Assembly (NCBI GenBank): GCA_963663965.2
Contig: CAXXFK010000001.1
Location: 256,001-320,000, forward strand
DNA from: Sedimentisphaerales bacterium
Lineage (GTDB): Bacteria > Planctomycetota > Phycisphaerae > Sedimentisphaerales > SM23-30
Direction: 5' to 3'
DNA length: 64,000 nucleotides
The position numbers were made by a program, and so were the translations under genes. This document shows positions 52,311 to 63,368 of the stretch, in pieces. Positions within the stretch are counted from its first letter, which is position 1, and each line of letters begins with the position of its first letter. Under the pieces are notes generated by a model, which saw only the letters and a list, made by a program, of their open reading frames with translations, did not search any database and was not told the origin of the DNA.

Positions 52311-53868
52311 TTATTCTTCCTTATTCTCTGGTAAATCCGGTATCAATCCCCGGCTCCACTGCCGCAGCCGCTTGAGATGAACCGCCCCATGATGATAATA
52401 CGCCGGTTCGAGTGCGTCGAGTTGCGCCTGCCACAATTGATCACGCCGGGCCCGCCAGGCATCATCCATCCCGGCCTTCGTTCCGGCCAGGGCCATCTCA
52501 ATCATCACCTCATACAACGCATCGGCAATCAACTGATGCCCGGCAATATTCGGATGCACATGATCGATCAGCCAGTCATCACCCGGAATACCATCAGGGC
52601 TTTTCTCCGCTATCAGCCTGTCCACATCCACTAACGGCGCCCCAAAAATATCCGCCAGCTCAAAAATCGATTCCCGCATCGGCTCCAGAATCCGTAATGG
52701 ACAAATATCGTCCTCTTTAGCTTTTAAAAACCAATTCCTCGCCAATGCCGCCTGGCCCATCTTCCGATAGCACATCCCCAGCAAAAATGCCACATCCGCC
52801 CGTCGGCCATCAATCTGTTCCGCTTCTTCCAGCAAACCAGCCTTCGTCCACGGATCGGACCAGTCCACCACATACGCCTGCTGCAATAACGTTTCCACTT
52901 GCTCACTTTGACGGGTATCAAGCTCATTATCCGGCTCCGATTTAAATGGCGGCGTTCCCTCCAGGTTGCACACTGGATTCATCATAATCACCGGCACGCC
53001 GGCCTCATGCGCCATTTCCAGCATCGCCTGAAGATTATAACGAAAATGCGCCGTCACATCCCGACGCCACACCTCATTCCGTTGATAATCCGCCGGCCCC
53101 CTCCCGGCTATCCAGCCGGGTCTTTACCTCCTCTTCTAATGCGGCTCGTTGTTCCCGGACCGATTTCTTATGGGCCGCAATCGCATGATAGGCCACGCTG
53201 TAACTCCGCAAATGCAACAGCGCCTCATGCAGCCGGATCAACCCCGTCGGCATTCGTTTTATCGCTTCATAAGTCCGGTCTTCCAGAAACTCGTTATGAC
53301 CCGTACACAAGATAAACAGATCCGGCTCATAACTCATCAACTCCCGCATAATCGGCGCCAGCCGATAACTTGCGTACGAGATCCCGCCACAGTTCACTAC
53401 CTCATATTGCCTCTTCACATCTCCCGCCTCCAGATCCAGCTTCAGCCAGTTGGTAAACGAGGTCGCCACCGAATAGGGCCGCCCCTGCACCGTCGATCCT
53501 CCCAGGCAAAATACCCGCACGGTTCCCGCACCCTTCTTCGCCGCAAATGACTGTGGACAGAAATAGGTCAGCCGATTCGCCGCCGTCTCATACCGCCGGC
53601 CATCCTCACTCAATACAAACAACGGCCGCACCGCGCTGAAATGTACATAGGGATCATCCCCCACCACCTCAACCGCCGGAAATAACACCCGCGCCCCCAA
53701 CTCTACCAGCGCCACCGGCAGCATCACCAGAACGAACAAAACCAAGGAAAATCCCAGCCGCTTCCGCCAACCCAGCGAAATCGGCTTGTTCATTACTTTT
53801 ATGTTATTGTCGCTTTGCTTCTCTTTATTCATCCTTCGAGCATACCAAATCCCCTCAGCACCATTCAA
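52311..53868 (-). CDS. Membrane-anchored SGNH/GDSL hydrolase with TPR insert (frameshift near 53095)
   Basis: LGGSTVQG, NCGG.SYAS, GHNEF, DHVHP..GH split over ORFs 53074-53868 and 52311-53072. Confidence 0.75.
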
Positions 53869-53900
53869 CTACTATTTTTATCGCCTCCAGGTTTTTGTTT

Positions 53901-56403
53901 TCATGGCCTTAATACAAATTCAACCGTATCACCTTCGTTTAAAGTATAATCAATCATCAAACCGCCCCCCGTGTCAGCCCGCAACGTCTGGGTAGCCATA
54001 CCACCAATTTCCAACTGATAATTGGCATTCGGTTGTAAATCACGGATCTCCTGATGTATCTTCAATGATGACCCGCTGCCGGTTACCCGCCATCGGCAAC
54101 CACCTTGAATATCCGGCCAATCCGACATTTCAATCTCAACCTTTCCTTTGCCACTTCTTGTCACCATCAACGCCGGTTGATCATGGTCTCCCTGAAAGCA
54201 GGATAGCCGGTTTTCGCTCACATCCACGGCAAAAGAACCCTCAGCCCGAACACGAAACCCATCCGTGGCAATCACCGACTGCTCCGCTTCCAGTGTAATG
54301 CCATACCGTTTCTGACGTAAACGATACCGCAATTGGGTCCCCGCCAGTTCCGGTGTCAGGCGCGGATCGAGCCTCAGCCGGTTCCATTGCGGCCTTATGC
54401 CAAAGATATCACGATACAGACCGACGATCGTCATGCAATTACCCGCCAGGATATCATCCCCGGCGCCCCGCTGATCGTTGCGCAGGTAACGCTGATAGGA
54501 CAGACCATCCTGCTGATACCGGTCCAGCACCCGTTTGACATAAGCCAGCGCCAGTTCTCGATCATATCCAGCATAAGCCCGCACTCCCAGCTCACCCCAT
54601 GGCAGAAAGATATCGCCATTTTCATACCGTGGGAATGGCCAGTTATTGGCATGGACCTCCTCACGGCGGTATGATTCGAAACACAGCGGCCAGAAAAACA
54701 GTTTTTCGGCGCGCATCCGCGTTTCAATCTGTTCGAGAACCCGGCGGCTCTGTTCCGCATCCGCCAGGCCATAAGCGACCGCGGCAAAATTAACCGGGGT
54801 CACCAGATTATCGCCATGGATCGAATTATCCGGCTCGCGCCAGTAGACAAACCAGCCCTTCTGCGGATCCCAGAACCCGCCCTCATCGATCGGCCGGCAA
54901 TAGGCCTCACGCAGTTTGGCGCCGGCCGCTCGATAACGTTCGGCCCGTGCTGTATCCCCTAAAATCCTCTCCCGCTCCGACCACAGCGTCAACGCTTCAT
55001 ACAACGCGGCATTGACGAAACTGTTTTCCCACGACGCCCAGACAATATCGATCCAGTCGCTGGCCTTGCCTTTGGTATGCGAATCAGTCATCATTTCCAC
55101 CAGACCATCCTGATCGCTGTCACGCGCCAGCAGCCAGTCCAGGGCCCGTTCGCATGATTCTTTATGACCGCGCAGCCAGGCCAGGTCGCCGGTCAGATCA
55201 AATTCCTCCGACACATTGATCACATAATCCGGCTGTGAATCCAATGTATAGCCCCAGCCGCATTCATAATAGCCCGTCCTGGGATTGTAGGTGCCCGGCA
55301 CCATATTATCGCCGGTATCATGATGCCAGCGGGATAACACCCGGCCTTCCGGCGTCATCGCCAGATCACGCCAGTCATCCAGTGTAGCCGCCAGATTAGC
55401 TGTGTAAGCCGGATCACCAATCGCCAACCCCATCTGGGCGAAAAAAGGCTCATGCAAACACACCCAGCCGGTCAGCCAGCCGTTGCCGCCCATAATACGC
55501 CGGTCCACCACACCATAACGGCCGATGGTATCCAGCAGATTGACAATGGCCCCGCCATCCAGCCCGGCAAAGTCACCGCGCCCCCGCACCGCCTCATCAT
55601 CCAGCACCCGCAAGGTCAACGTCATTTCAACCGTGCCCGGTTCTACTTGAAAAGGCGCCCACACCCCCAGACTTCGGGTAAATCGGCAAAGATTCTGGCG
55701 CGTGCCAAGTTCTTCGCCAGTCACCGATTGAGCAAATGAAAACAGACCGGATGGTTGATGCGAAAATCGCGAAGCCACATGTGTCCCGTCGGCAACCGTC
55801 GGGGTTACCCTCAAACAGGCATTTTCCCCCGGATTAAAAAAAGTCACCTCGCCGGTATGAGCCCCATAGGAACACCCCGGCGGAAGATAGCGGCACCAGG
55901 CCACCCCACCCGTATCCAGCAGCCCACCCGTCCAGGTATCCATCCCCGTAAAATCCCAGCCGGGAAAGTAGGTATCCTCAATCAAACCGCTGTTCAGATA
56001 GGTCCGCCGGATCTGCCAGTCTATCCGCTCTTCACCTACCGTAAACCGCCATTGTTCTTTCACGCCGATCCCGCCGCCGGTATAAGCGATTTCATCAACC
56101 CAAACCCTCATGGCCTTCCACCCGCACCGCTGGCGCAGCCAGTCCATGACGAGTCGTCGTCCACTGCCCCGCCACCAGGACTGCGCTACACACCCCGGTT
56201 GCCGGCGCCACCACATCCCGGCCATGCACCCGTACCTGGTCAAGATAACAGCAATTTCCGTAATTCAATCGGATACTCAGCTCACCCCGGCCATCAGCCA
56301 TGACCACCGTACACCCCCCGGCATCATGCCGGACCACACCCTGGGCAGTTGAAACCCATATCCAACCAGTACACAACAGTAACCACCAGTTTTTTCTTAA
56401 CAT
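53901..56403 (-). CDS. Secreted six-hairpin (alpha/alpha)6 glycosidase-like protein (frameshift near 56110)
   Basis: D.D.DGLVE, SDWID, NAALY.AL, YENG.IF..W; signal peptide in ORF 56095-56454. Confidence 0.65.
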
Positions 56404-56523
56404 ATTTAACCTCTGCAAAACCAAGATAAACACAACACACAGGACGCAAGTCACCTGAATAAGGCAAAACAGGGCGTAGAAAATCTATCACCCTGTTTAA
56501 TTATTGATTACGCCATAATATTA

Positions 56524-58191
56524 TTATTTAGCATCCAGAATCAATACCAGTTTCCCGGTACGATCCGGATTCAGCAGAATACTCCCATTATCCAACCGCA
56601 CCGCTGTGCATCCATCCGGCGCCAGATTAAGCCGATAGCTGACACCCGAATCCTCATACGCAATGCCGCGCGTATCAACGCTCTTGACTGCCGCCTTAAA
56701 CCGCTCTCCGCCCACCAGCTTCATGCCCCAGCGTAACGGTTTCCCCTGGCCATCAACACCGGTGCAAGTTACCTTGCCATCATCACATACCATCGTAAAC
56801 ACCCCGCCGCCCTGCAGGGTCTGTTCGATTTTCAGTTCAGACTCGGACAACTCGGTCACTTCCGGTTGATAGTCCGGTTTCATCGGCGCTTCTTTCCCAT
56901 CGGCATCCAACAGCACCGGCCACATCCCCGCCTGCTGACCATCCGACCACATGGCCCGGTCCATCACCGGCAATGTGCCGTAAGCCAGCGAAGTGGTCGT
57001 GAGGATCGCATCATGCGTAACCGAAGCCACTCGCTCATCGAACCGGTGAATATCCCGGATACAGAAGCTATCCTTCTCCCACAGGATATTGAAACGATAA
57101 AAGCGACTGTTATACCAGACCGTCTTGCGCCGCTCATTGCGCCAGTCGTTGAGGTAAACCATCGCCGTGGCCGGCGTCAGCTGGTAACGGCTGCGGAACC
57201 ACTTCCCTGCCTCTGCCAGTGTCATAATCTGGATCTCACCCCGTTTAGCCAGATTGGCCAGATGCCCCGCCTGCATGGTCAATCCTTTGCGCATCGCCTC
57301 CCAACCGAATGAGTTCTCCTGCCCGGCCTGGGTATAGGCAAAGGCCAGCGCCGGCTCATGAACCAGATTGTTGATAAACCACGCCACCCAGTCCGGCGAA
57401 CCCCCAATCGAACTATAGACCGGTTCCAGGGTGTACATCCCGTGAACCGCGCCATACTGATAAATCGGATCGCTGCCCAGCATCCGGAAAATCGGTACAT
57501 CGATCTGGCCCGCCCGGGTCTGGGCCGGCATATACGCGTTCAACCGGCTGGGATAGTACGCCTGATTCCAGTACCCGCCCCACACGGTATAACCATCCGT
57601 GCCGATCTGATCCTTGCAGTTGCACGAAGCAATCACGCCATATTGATCGACCATATGCGCCAGCGTCACTTCATCCAGATACCACGAGCCCGCCGTCTTG
57701 GGATAATACCCGAAGATCGCCTTGAAATCGGCCATATAAACATCCACCAGCTTGCGCCGTTCTTCCGGCGTATAACCCGGTCCGAATCCCACATTCGCGG
57801 TCGGATCCCATTCATGATGACCGCGCCATTTCAATCCGGCCTTCTCCGCCAGTTGCTGGGGAATCTCCCACCACAGCGCGATTTCATCTTTCGGTCCCAA
57901 CTCCTCCTTAAGCAGTTTCTGATAACGCGGCTTTATCAATGCGTCATACTGCAACGCCCAGGTTGCGTGCAGGCCGGTCTTCTTAAACAGGGCAATCTGC
58001 TTCTGGGTCGTTTCAAACATAATTGCTTCCGAATTGGCCATTCGATAATCGGAGTTACGAATAAAATTGTAAAGATTCACAATCCGCGGACTGTCAGGAA
58101 CCGCCGTTTCGGCTCCCAGAGCAACTAAACTCAGACAGCCAATCAGCAAAAAAAAGCCTGATCTCAAAAACAATGCATTGGCATTTTTCAT
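56524..58191 (-). CDS. Secreted hypothetical protein, probably carbohydrate-active
   Basis: Long clean ORF with signal peptide; ATWALQYDAL, FGYYP.T.GSW, GQENSFGW; sits among GH genes. Confidence 0.65.
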   Translation of the reverse strand: MKNANALFLRSGFFLLIGCLSLVALGAETAVPDSPRIVNLYNFIRNSDYRMANSEAIMFETTQKQIALFKKTGLHATWALQYDALIKPRYQKLLKEELGPKDEIALWWEIPQQLAEKAGLKWRGHHEWDPTANVGFGPGYTPEERRKLVDVYMADFKAIFGYYPKTAGSWYLDEVTLAHMVDQYGVIASCNCKDQIGTDGYTVWGGYWNQAYYPSRLNAYMPAQTRAGQIDVPIFRMLGSDPIYQYGAVHGMYTLEPVYSSIGGSPDWVAWFINNLVHEPALAFAYTQAGQENSFGWEAMRKGLTMQAGHLANLAKRGEIQIMTLAEAGKWFRSRYQLTPATAMVYLNDWRNERRKTVWYNSRFYRFNILWEKDSFCIRDIHRFDERVASVTHDAILTTTSLAYGTLPVMDRAMWSDGQQAGMWPVLLDADGKEAPMKPDYQPEVTELSESELKIEQTLQGGGVFTMVCDDGKVTCTGVDGQGKPLRWGMKLVGGERFKAAVKSVDTRGIAYEDSGVSYRLNLAPDGCTAVRLDNGSILLNPDRTGKLVLILDAK

Positions 58192-58284
58192 TATCTTCTC
58201 CACAAGTATCATAAAAACATAATTTTAAAACTACCTGTTCACGCCTTCTAAACGCGAATTATTATTCATATTTGAAATAATTAT

Positions 58285-59609
58285 GGTTCTTCCGAAAAAT
58301 GAGTAGTTAATGTTGCAAAAAGAGAGACATGACTTTACTGTTTGAGGAAAAAAATAAAACCTCATATTAGGAGCTAAAGTCATGTCCACAAGTATGTTGT
58401 ATCATACTTTTGGTGTTCGAGGTGTTCAATACCAAAAGACAGAATATTTTTGCGGGCAAGAGCGTGATTCACGGCATCTTGCCGGCGGATAGTCTGCGTT
58501 GCCCTTGTTGTAACTCCCGTAATTTCATTTACTTCGGTCACAAGGCCCGGAGGTTTGCCATGGTACCTGCCGGTCTGCGTCAAATGGAGTTGCTTGTCAC
58601 TATTCCCCGATTGAAATGTCAGGCGTGCGGGGCCATTCGTCAGCCTCATCTGCCATTTGCCGACCCCAAGAAGCATTACACCCATGCGTTGGAACGGTAT
58701 GTCATCGATTTATGTCAGGCGGCTTCCCTGCAAGAGGTGGCCCGACGGACCGGCTTAAGCTGGGATACCATCAAATCGATTCATAAGTCCTGGCTAGGTC
58801 GACGGTACCGAAAGATTTCCCTGAAAAAGGTTCGTTATCTGGGGATTGACGAATTGTATCTGGGCAGGAAAAGCAAATACATCTCGCTGGTAACCGACCT
58901 GGAAAGCGGTCAAATTTTGCATATCGGCCAGGGCAAAGGCCAAGAGGCCCTGGTGGGATTCTGGGGGCGTGTCCGACGCAGCCGGGCGGTGATTGCCGCG
59001 GTGGCTACCGATATGGCCAGTGGTTTTATGACCAGTGTCCTGAAAGAACTGCCGCAAGCCAAACTGGTGCTGGACCATTTTCATCTGGTCAAATGGTTTA
59101 ACGACAAACTGACCCGCTTACGCCGGGATTTATACCGGGAGGCCGATACCATGGGCAAAGCGGTACTCAAAGGCAGCCGCTGGCTGCTGCTCAAAGCGCC
59201 GGAGAACCTTAAATCCCATGCCGATAGCGCCAAAGATGAACGGCGCCGGTTGCAGGAGGCTCTGCAACTCAACCAGCCGCTGGCCACCGCCTATTACATG
59301 AAAGAACGGCTCCGTCTCCTTTTTGATGCGATCACGGCTCCGCTGGCTGAACAGGAACTCAAACGCTGGATCAGCCAGGCGCAAACCAGCGGGATTCGGA
59401 TCCTGCTGGATGCCGCCAAACAACTGCAACTCTGGAAACCCTTCCTGCTCAATTGGTATGACCATCCCATCAGCACCAGCAAAGTCGAAGTCAATAACCG
59501 TAAAATCGGCCTCCTGCAACGAATGGCTCATGGCTACCGCGATCAGGAATACTTCTATCTCCGGATCCATCATATCCATAACCAAAACTACTCATTAACC
59601 GGATGAGCC
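58285..59609 (+). mobile_element. ISL3-family insertion sequence with 8-bp target duplication
   Basis: IRL GGTTCTTCCGAAAAATGAGTAGTT vs IRR(rc) GGCTCATCCGGTTAATGAGTAGTT (19/24); ATAATTAT at 58277-58284 and 59610-59617. Confidence 0.95.
58382..59606 (+). CDS. ISL3 transposase (one frameshift at T run 58447-58451)
   Basis: AGGAG + MSTSMLYHTFG start; CPCC/C..C zinc finger, GIDE, TDM, DHFH, E..N.KI, GYRD.EYF. Confidence 0.9.
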
Positions 59610-59785
59610 ATAATTATAACATGAACGGCAAGCGGGTCAACTGCCGATATTTATTAACCACCCAGGCCACAGAATCAATCAGCCACCAGACCACTGAGAA
59701 CTTTCTTATCCCAACTTCAATAATATTACCAGAATAGACACAAAGATTAATCCTTTATCAATACCTGTCTTCGCTAATTATCGAT

Positions 59786-60247
59786 TTATCTCTGCTCTTC
59801 ACTAATCTTAACCAGATGCCGGTATTGCCACTGCCGCTCCTTTTCTACCGCCTCATTCGAATCGGTCAGATCCCGAACCACTGTCGCCGCGTACGCTGCC
59901 GCTCCCAGGGCATGGGTCCGGACATGCGCCGTCGCCACGGCCTGACCGGCCGCGCGTGCGACTGAACGCGCCACATCATCCGTTTCAACCGCACGGGCCG
60001 CCGCATGGGCATCCAGCGAAGCCTTTCGGATCACTGCCATCCGAAACACTCCCGTTCGCACCCACTCCCGCCCTGTCTCGATCGCCGCACGTGGACGGCC
60101 ATCATGGGGATACCGTTCTTCAAAATAACCCAGCACCCGCTCCGCACAATCCAGCGCCCAGGTCGCCAGCGCCTTGTGCTCAACCCCCCTGGCAAACTCA
60201 GCAATCTCCCCCTCATGCACCTTAACGGCTATTTTCGGTTTCCTCAT
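59786..60247 (-). CDS. Imm5-like putative immunity protein
   Basis: LA.WA.DCAERVL.YFE..P.D.RPR.AI..AHAAAR..ARAAGQAVATAHV..HA..AA.YA..ERQWQ. Confidence 0.75.
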   Translation of the reverse strand: MRKPKIAVKVHEGEIAEFARGVEHKALATWALDCAERVLGYFEERYPHDGRPRAAIETGREWVRTGVFRMAVIRKASLDAHAAARAVETDDVARSVARAAGQAVATAHVRTHALGAAAYAATVVRDLTDSNEAVEKERQWQYRHLVKISEEQR

Positions 60248-60276
60248 CGTATCAATACTCGCTTTTTTTATATTCG

Positions 60277-60666
60277 TTAGCGTGGATACAATTGAATATC
60301 CTGCTCATTACTCACAATCTCGCCATCTTGAATGGAAATCCGTATGATCCCGCGATAACCTGCCTCAAAATACCCCCCGGCATCTAACCGGTGAAGTCCC
60401 CCGGCAGTATCCATAAACTCAATCTCCAGGTGACTCTCCGAAGTTGGACTTACTTTCGTCTTAACAGAACCACCCGGTGCAATATCCCCAACAGGATAGG
60501 ATCTTCCGGTAACATGCAATACTATGGACTTTAGCGTCGCTGTCCCCGTATTCGTCACTTTCACACGAATCCCGCCCTCCAGTTGATAAACCACCAAGAT
60601 GATAATGATAATCAGTATCACGCCGCCTGGGATCGCCAGTAACCTCAATTGTCTATTCTTTATCAT
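60277..60666 (-). CDS. Membrane-anchored hypothetical protein
   Basis: GGGAG SD, N-terminal TM, beta-rich domain. Confidence 0.65.
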   Translation of the reverse strand: MIKNRQLRLLAIPGGVILIIIIILVVYQLEGGIRVKVTNTGTATLKSIVLHVTGRSYPVGDIAPGGSVKTKVSPTSESHLEIEFMDTAGGLHRLDAGGYFEAGYRGIIRISIQDGEIVSNEQDIQLYPR

Positions 60667-60689
60667 CTACAGGTCTCCCTGCCAATATT

Positions 60690-60979
60690 CTAAAACTGTA
60701 TAACGAAATCATAGCTTTCTATGCTCTTATCATGCTTTTCCTGATCTTGAATATAATTACGGATAAAAGCTTCATCCATTCCAGCGGTGCTGACACAATT
60801 GCCACGAGACCAAAATTGGCGCCCGAAAAGCGTGCCTTCTGGCAACACAATTCACGAAGGATGGCTCCTATCTGCTTACGGAACTTTTTAAAATTGGTTT
60901 TCTTACGATACTTCGATACTATGACTACATGATACTTACATTCCCATTTGACATGGGCTTGACTTTGCCATTCTTTCAT
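60690..60979 (-). pseudogene. tnpA: IS200/IS605 TnpA (Y1) transposase remnant with internal deletion
   Basis: MKEWQSQAHVKWECKYHVV..KYRKK joined out of frame to FWSRG.CVST.G.DE..IRNYIQDQ; HUH segment missing. Confidence 0.85.
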
Positions 60980-61132
60980 TGGGTTCTCCTTGCCCCTTTG
61001 GGCCTTCCTCACGAGAACCTCTTTTACCAGATAACGCTTGAAACGGCAAGGCCTTATAAATTCTCACCGGTATAGACGGATGAGAAAGGAAGGAATATGC
61101 AGACAACAATAACCGAAATAATATTTGAATCA

Positions 61133-61549
61133 TTAAACATAACTTCTTTGAACTTCGCTCGGATTGATATTTGTCGAAACCTTATTTCTTCTGCCAAAAA
61201 TTAAAGAACGAACACCAATTGCCAGTGCATATAGCATTAACCAGGGCAGAGAATACAATATTCCATACACCCAGCCAAAGTATAAGGCAACAACCCTTTT
61301 AGCTCCATCTGCACCCCACTCATCCATGAGTTCAGGTGGACAGTTGTCGCCATACTGGCTAATGACATCCGAAAGGTACTCATAATAAAAATATACCACT
61401 CCATTAATCATCACCCATGAGAAAATAGGGATAATTAGCAGAATTAACCACCATGAGATTAATCTCTTCTTAAAATATCTCAGAATTAAAACTGATGAGG
61501 GCAGGAGTAAAAATAACAATAAACAGCTTATGTATAATGTGTGATTCAT
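61133..61549 (-). CDS. Small 3-TM hypothetical protein
   Basis: AT-rich ORF with three hydrophobic segments and a loop motif EWGADGAKR. Confidence 0.7.
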   Translation of the reverse strand: MNHTLYISCLLLFLLLPSSVLILRYFKKRLISWWLILLIIPIFSWVMINGVVYFYYEYLSDVISQYGDNCPPELMDEWGADGAKRVVALYFGWVYGILYSLPWLMLYALAIGVRSLIFGRRNKVSTNINPSEVQRSYV

Positions 61550-61668
61550 ATTTCATCCTAAAATAAAGTCTTATATAGCTCATGCCCACTAAAATTATCA
61601 ATCATACCGAAAGCATCTTGCAAAATTCAATGTTTCCGTAGAAACTTGCAGTTTAACAATTGGGGGAT

Positions 61669-62151
61669 TTAATCTACCGAGAATTCTCTGCCAACAACAA
61701 CCCCATCTCTGGTCCGAAAGATTATAGCCGTGCAGTTGCCGGGTTCCTGAGATGCCAAAGAGATATGCACTCTGTTGTCTTCTTCACTAATCTGAGGAAA
61801 TATATAGTCACTGCTTTCATATTCTTCTTTTACAATTCTCTCAATGGCATCAGAAGAAGAATCAAGAGGTATTTTCAAGAAGATTGATCTCAGAATTCGT
61901 TCAGAAGGAGCGGGCAGCAGAAAATTTCCTGCCAAAATGGAAAACACCACCAGTCCAACCAGGATGGCGTGTCTTTTGATACTTATAAACCACACTACAA
62001 AATATTGTAGTCCTATGATTGCACAGAAAAGCAGATATCGATAGGAATACGCAACTATTCCAGCCCACTGGTCAAAAGCATAAGTGAAAAATGCCAGAGT
62101 AGCAAGCAGAACAGTTAATACAGCAACTAAAAAAATTCTCATATCAATCAT
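61669..62151 (-). CDS. Hypothetical membrane protein (3 TM + soluble domain)
   Basis: AT-rich ORF with hydrophobic N-terminal half. Confidence 0.65.
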   Translation of the reverse strand: MIDMRIFLVAVLTVLLATLAFFTYAFDQWAGIVAYSYRYLLFCAIIGLQYFVVWFISIKRHAILVGLVVFSILAGNFLLPAPSERILRSIFLKIPLDSSSDAIERIVKEEYESSDYIFPQISEEDNRVHISLASQEPGNCTAIIFRTRDGVVVGREFSVD

Positions 62152-62417
62152 TCATTGAAAAACTTGATTTACTATTACTCTGAATATCCACGAGCTTATC
62201 CATGATATCTCCAATTTTTTAGCTTATGACATTTTATACTAAAAAACTCCACTTTATTCCTGGTTTACTGTCTATCATACTGCTGAGATACCAGCTTATA
62301 TATAATCAAAATCCTCTTTTCCAGGGACGACTATATTACATAGCAAACAGAAGCAATAGAAGATGATGGAAACATTAATAAATATTTATCAATAATATTT
62401 CTATTGGCGATTTCTTC

Positions 62418-62437
62418 GCCGCCCCCATGGGGGCGGC
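62418..62437. repeat. Perfect 20-bp GC-rich palindrome, possibly an IS200/IS605 end hairpin
   Basis: GCCGCCCCCATGGGGGCGGC in an AT-rich context. Confidence 0.6.
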
Positions 62438-62525
62438 CCCTCGAAGTGTTGACCTGCCTATAGACTGAAGTTATGGTAACATCCGTGAATGAGGCAACGG
62501 GAACGGTAAGAATAATTGTCGCTGA

Positions 62526-62927
62526 TCATTCAATGTCTGCTCTTGTGTTTACCGAAGCGAATCTAGCAGAGAATAGTTGACGAACAATCCATCGGAGGCC
62601 AAATAGCAACAGAAACAGAACTCCATACCAGATTGCTGTCAGCACCGGGCTTAACAGTAGCAGAAAAGACCTATCAGTATCGCTGGCCCATTCCTCGGAC
62701 GCACGTTCCGCCTCGGGGGTACCGGGATCATATTTGTCTATCTCTGCCAGGAGTTGCGCGTCGAGGGCCCACACGTAATTCGCCAAAATGAAGATTCCGG
62801 CAATCATGGTAGCCAAACACAGAATGCAGACCAATACGGGGTGGACTCGTCGCCGAACGCAAAGTATCGCGCCTGATACGAGTACGGGTAACGCGAACCA
62901 AGCAATAAGGAGGTATGTGTGGAGCAT
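62526..62927 (-). CDS. Small 3-TM hypothetical protein
   Basis: Three hydrophobic segments; loop motif EEWASDTDR resembles that of 61133-61549. Confidence 0.7.
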   Translation of the reverse strand: MLHTYLLIAWFALPVLVSGAILCVRRRVHPVLVCILCLATMIAGIFILANYVWALDAQLLAEIDKYDPGTPEAERASEEWASDTDRSFLLLLSPVLTAIWYGVLFLLLFGLRWIVRQLFSARFASVNTRADIE

Positions 62928-63312
62928 CTATTGACCTTTCTCGGATATAACCTCTAAATTTTGTTTGATATCTTTGCCTGTGGAAAAGAACCGTTGATCA
63001 TATTAACCGGGATTTGCCATTTAACTTCATCTGACATTTCCCATTTAAGATTTTACAAAGCATTTTTCTATCCTTTCGATGCTAATATTTTAATAAATTT
63101 AACTTGAGCTATCCAGATTTCTCTTTCCGAGGCGGTTTTCTTGCAGACGCGGATTTATATAAAACACCAGATTTACAGGTCCCAGACTGCTTGAAATCCC
63201 TGCTTGAGTCCAGACCTTGACTGCTATAGCGTTTATCAAATCGGGTTTTTCAGCAATTCTTATCATAAGTCATATCCAATCGGTATTGGTTTCAAACGTT
63301 TAATTCTTTTAA

Positions 63313-63337
63313 CCCGGATTTCCCAAGCAAATCCGGG
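63313..63337. terminator. Hairpin downstream of the PEP-CTERM gene
   Basis: CCCGGATTT/AAATCCGGG stem. Confidence 0.5.
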
Positions 63338-63368
63338 CTAAAATTAACACTAATCGATATGGTCTGGT

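Noticed and set aside
34109..56403. Alternative genetic code or selenocysteine readthrough to explain broken ORFs
   Set aside because: The breaks examined are frame changes, not in-frame stops; TAA, TAG and TGA all end intact genes; the Msr catalytic residues are ordinary Cys
57358..58128. 256-aa plus-strand ORF
   Set aside because: Antisense shadow of the 56524-58191 gene
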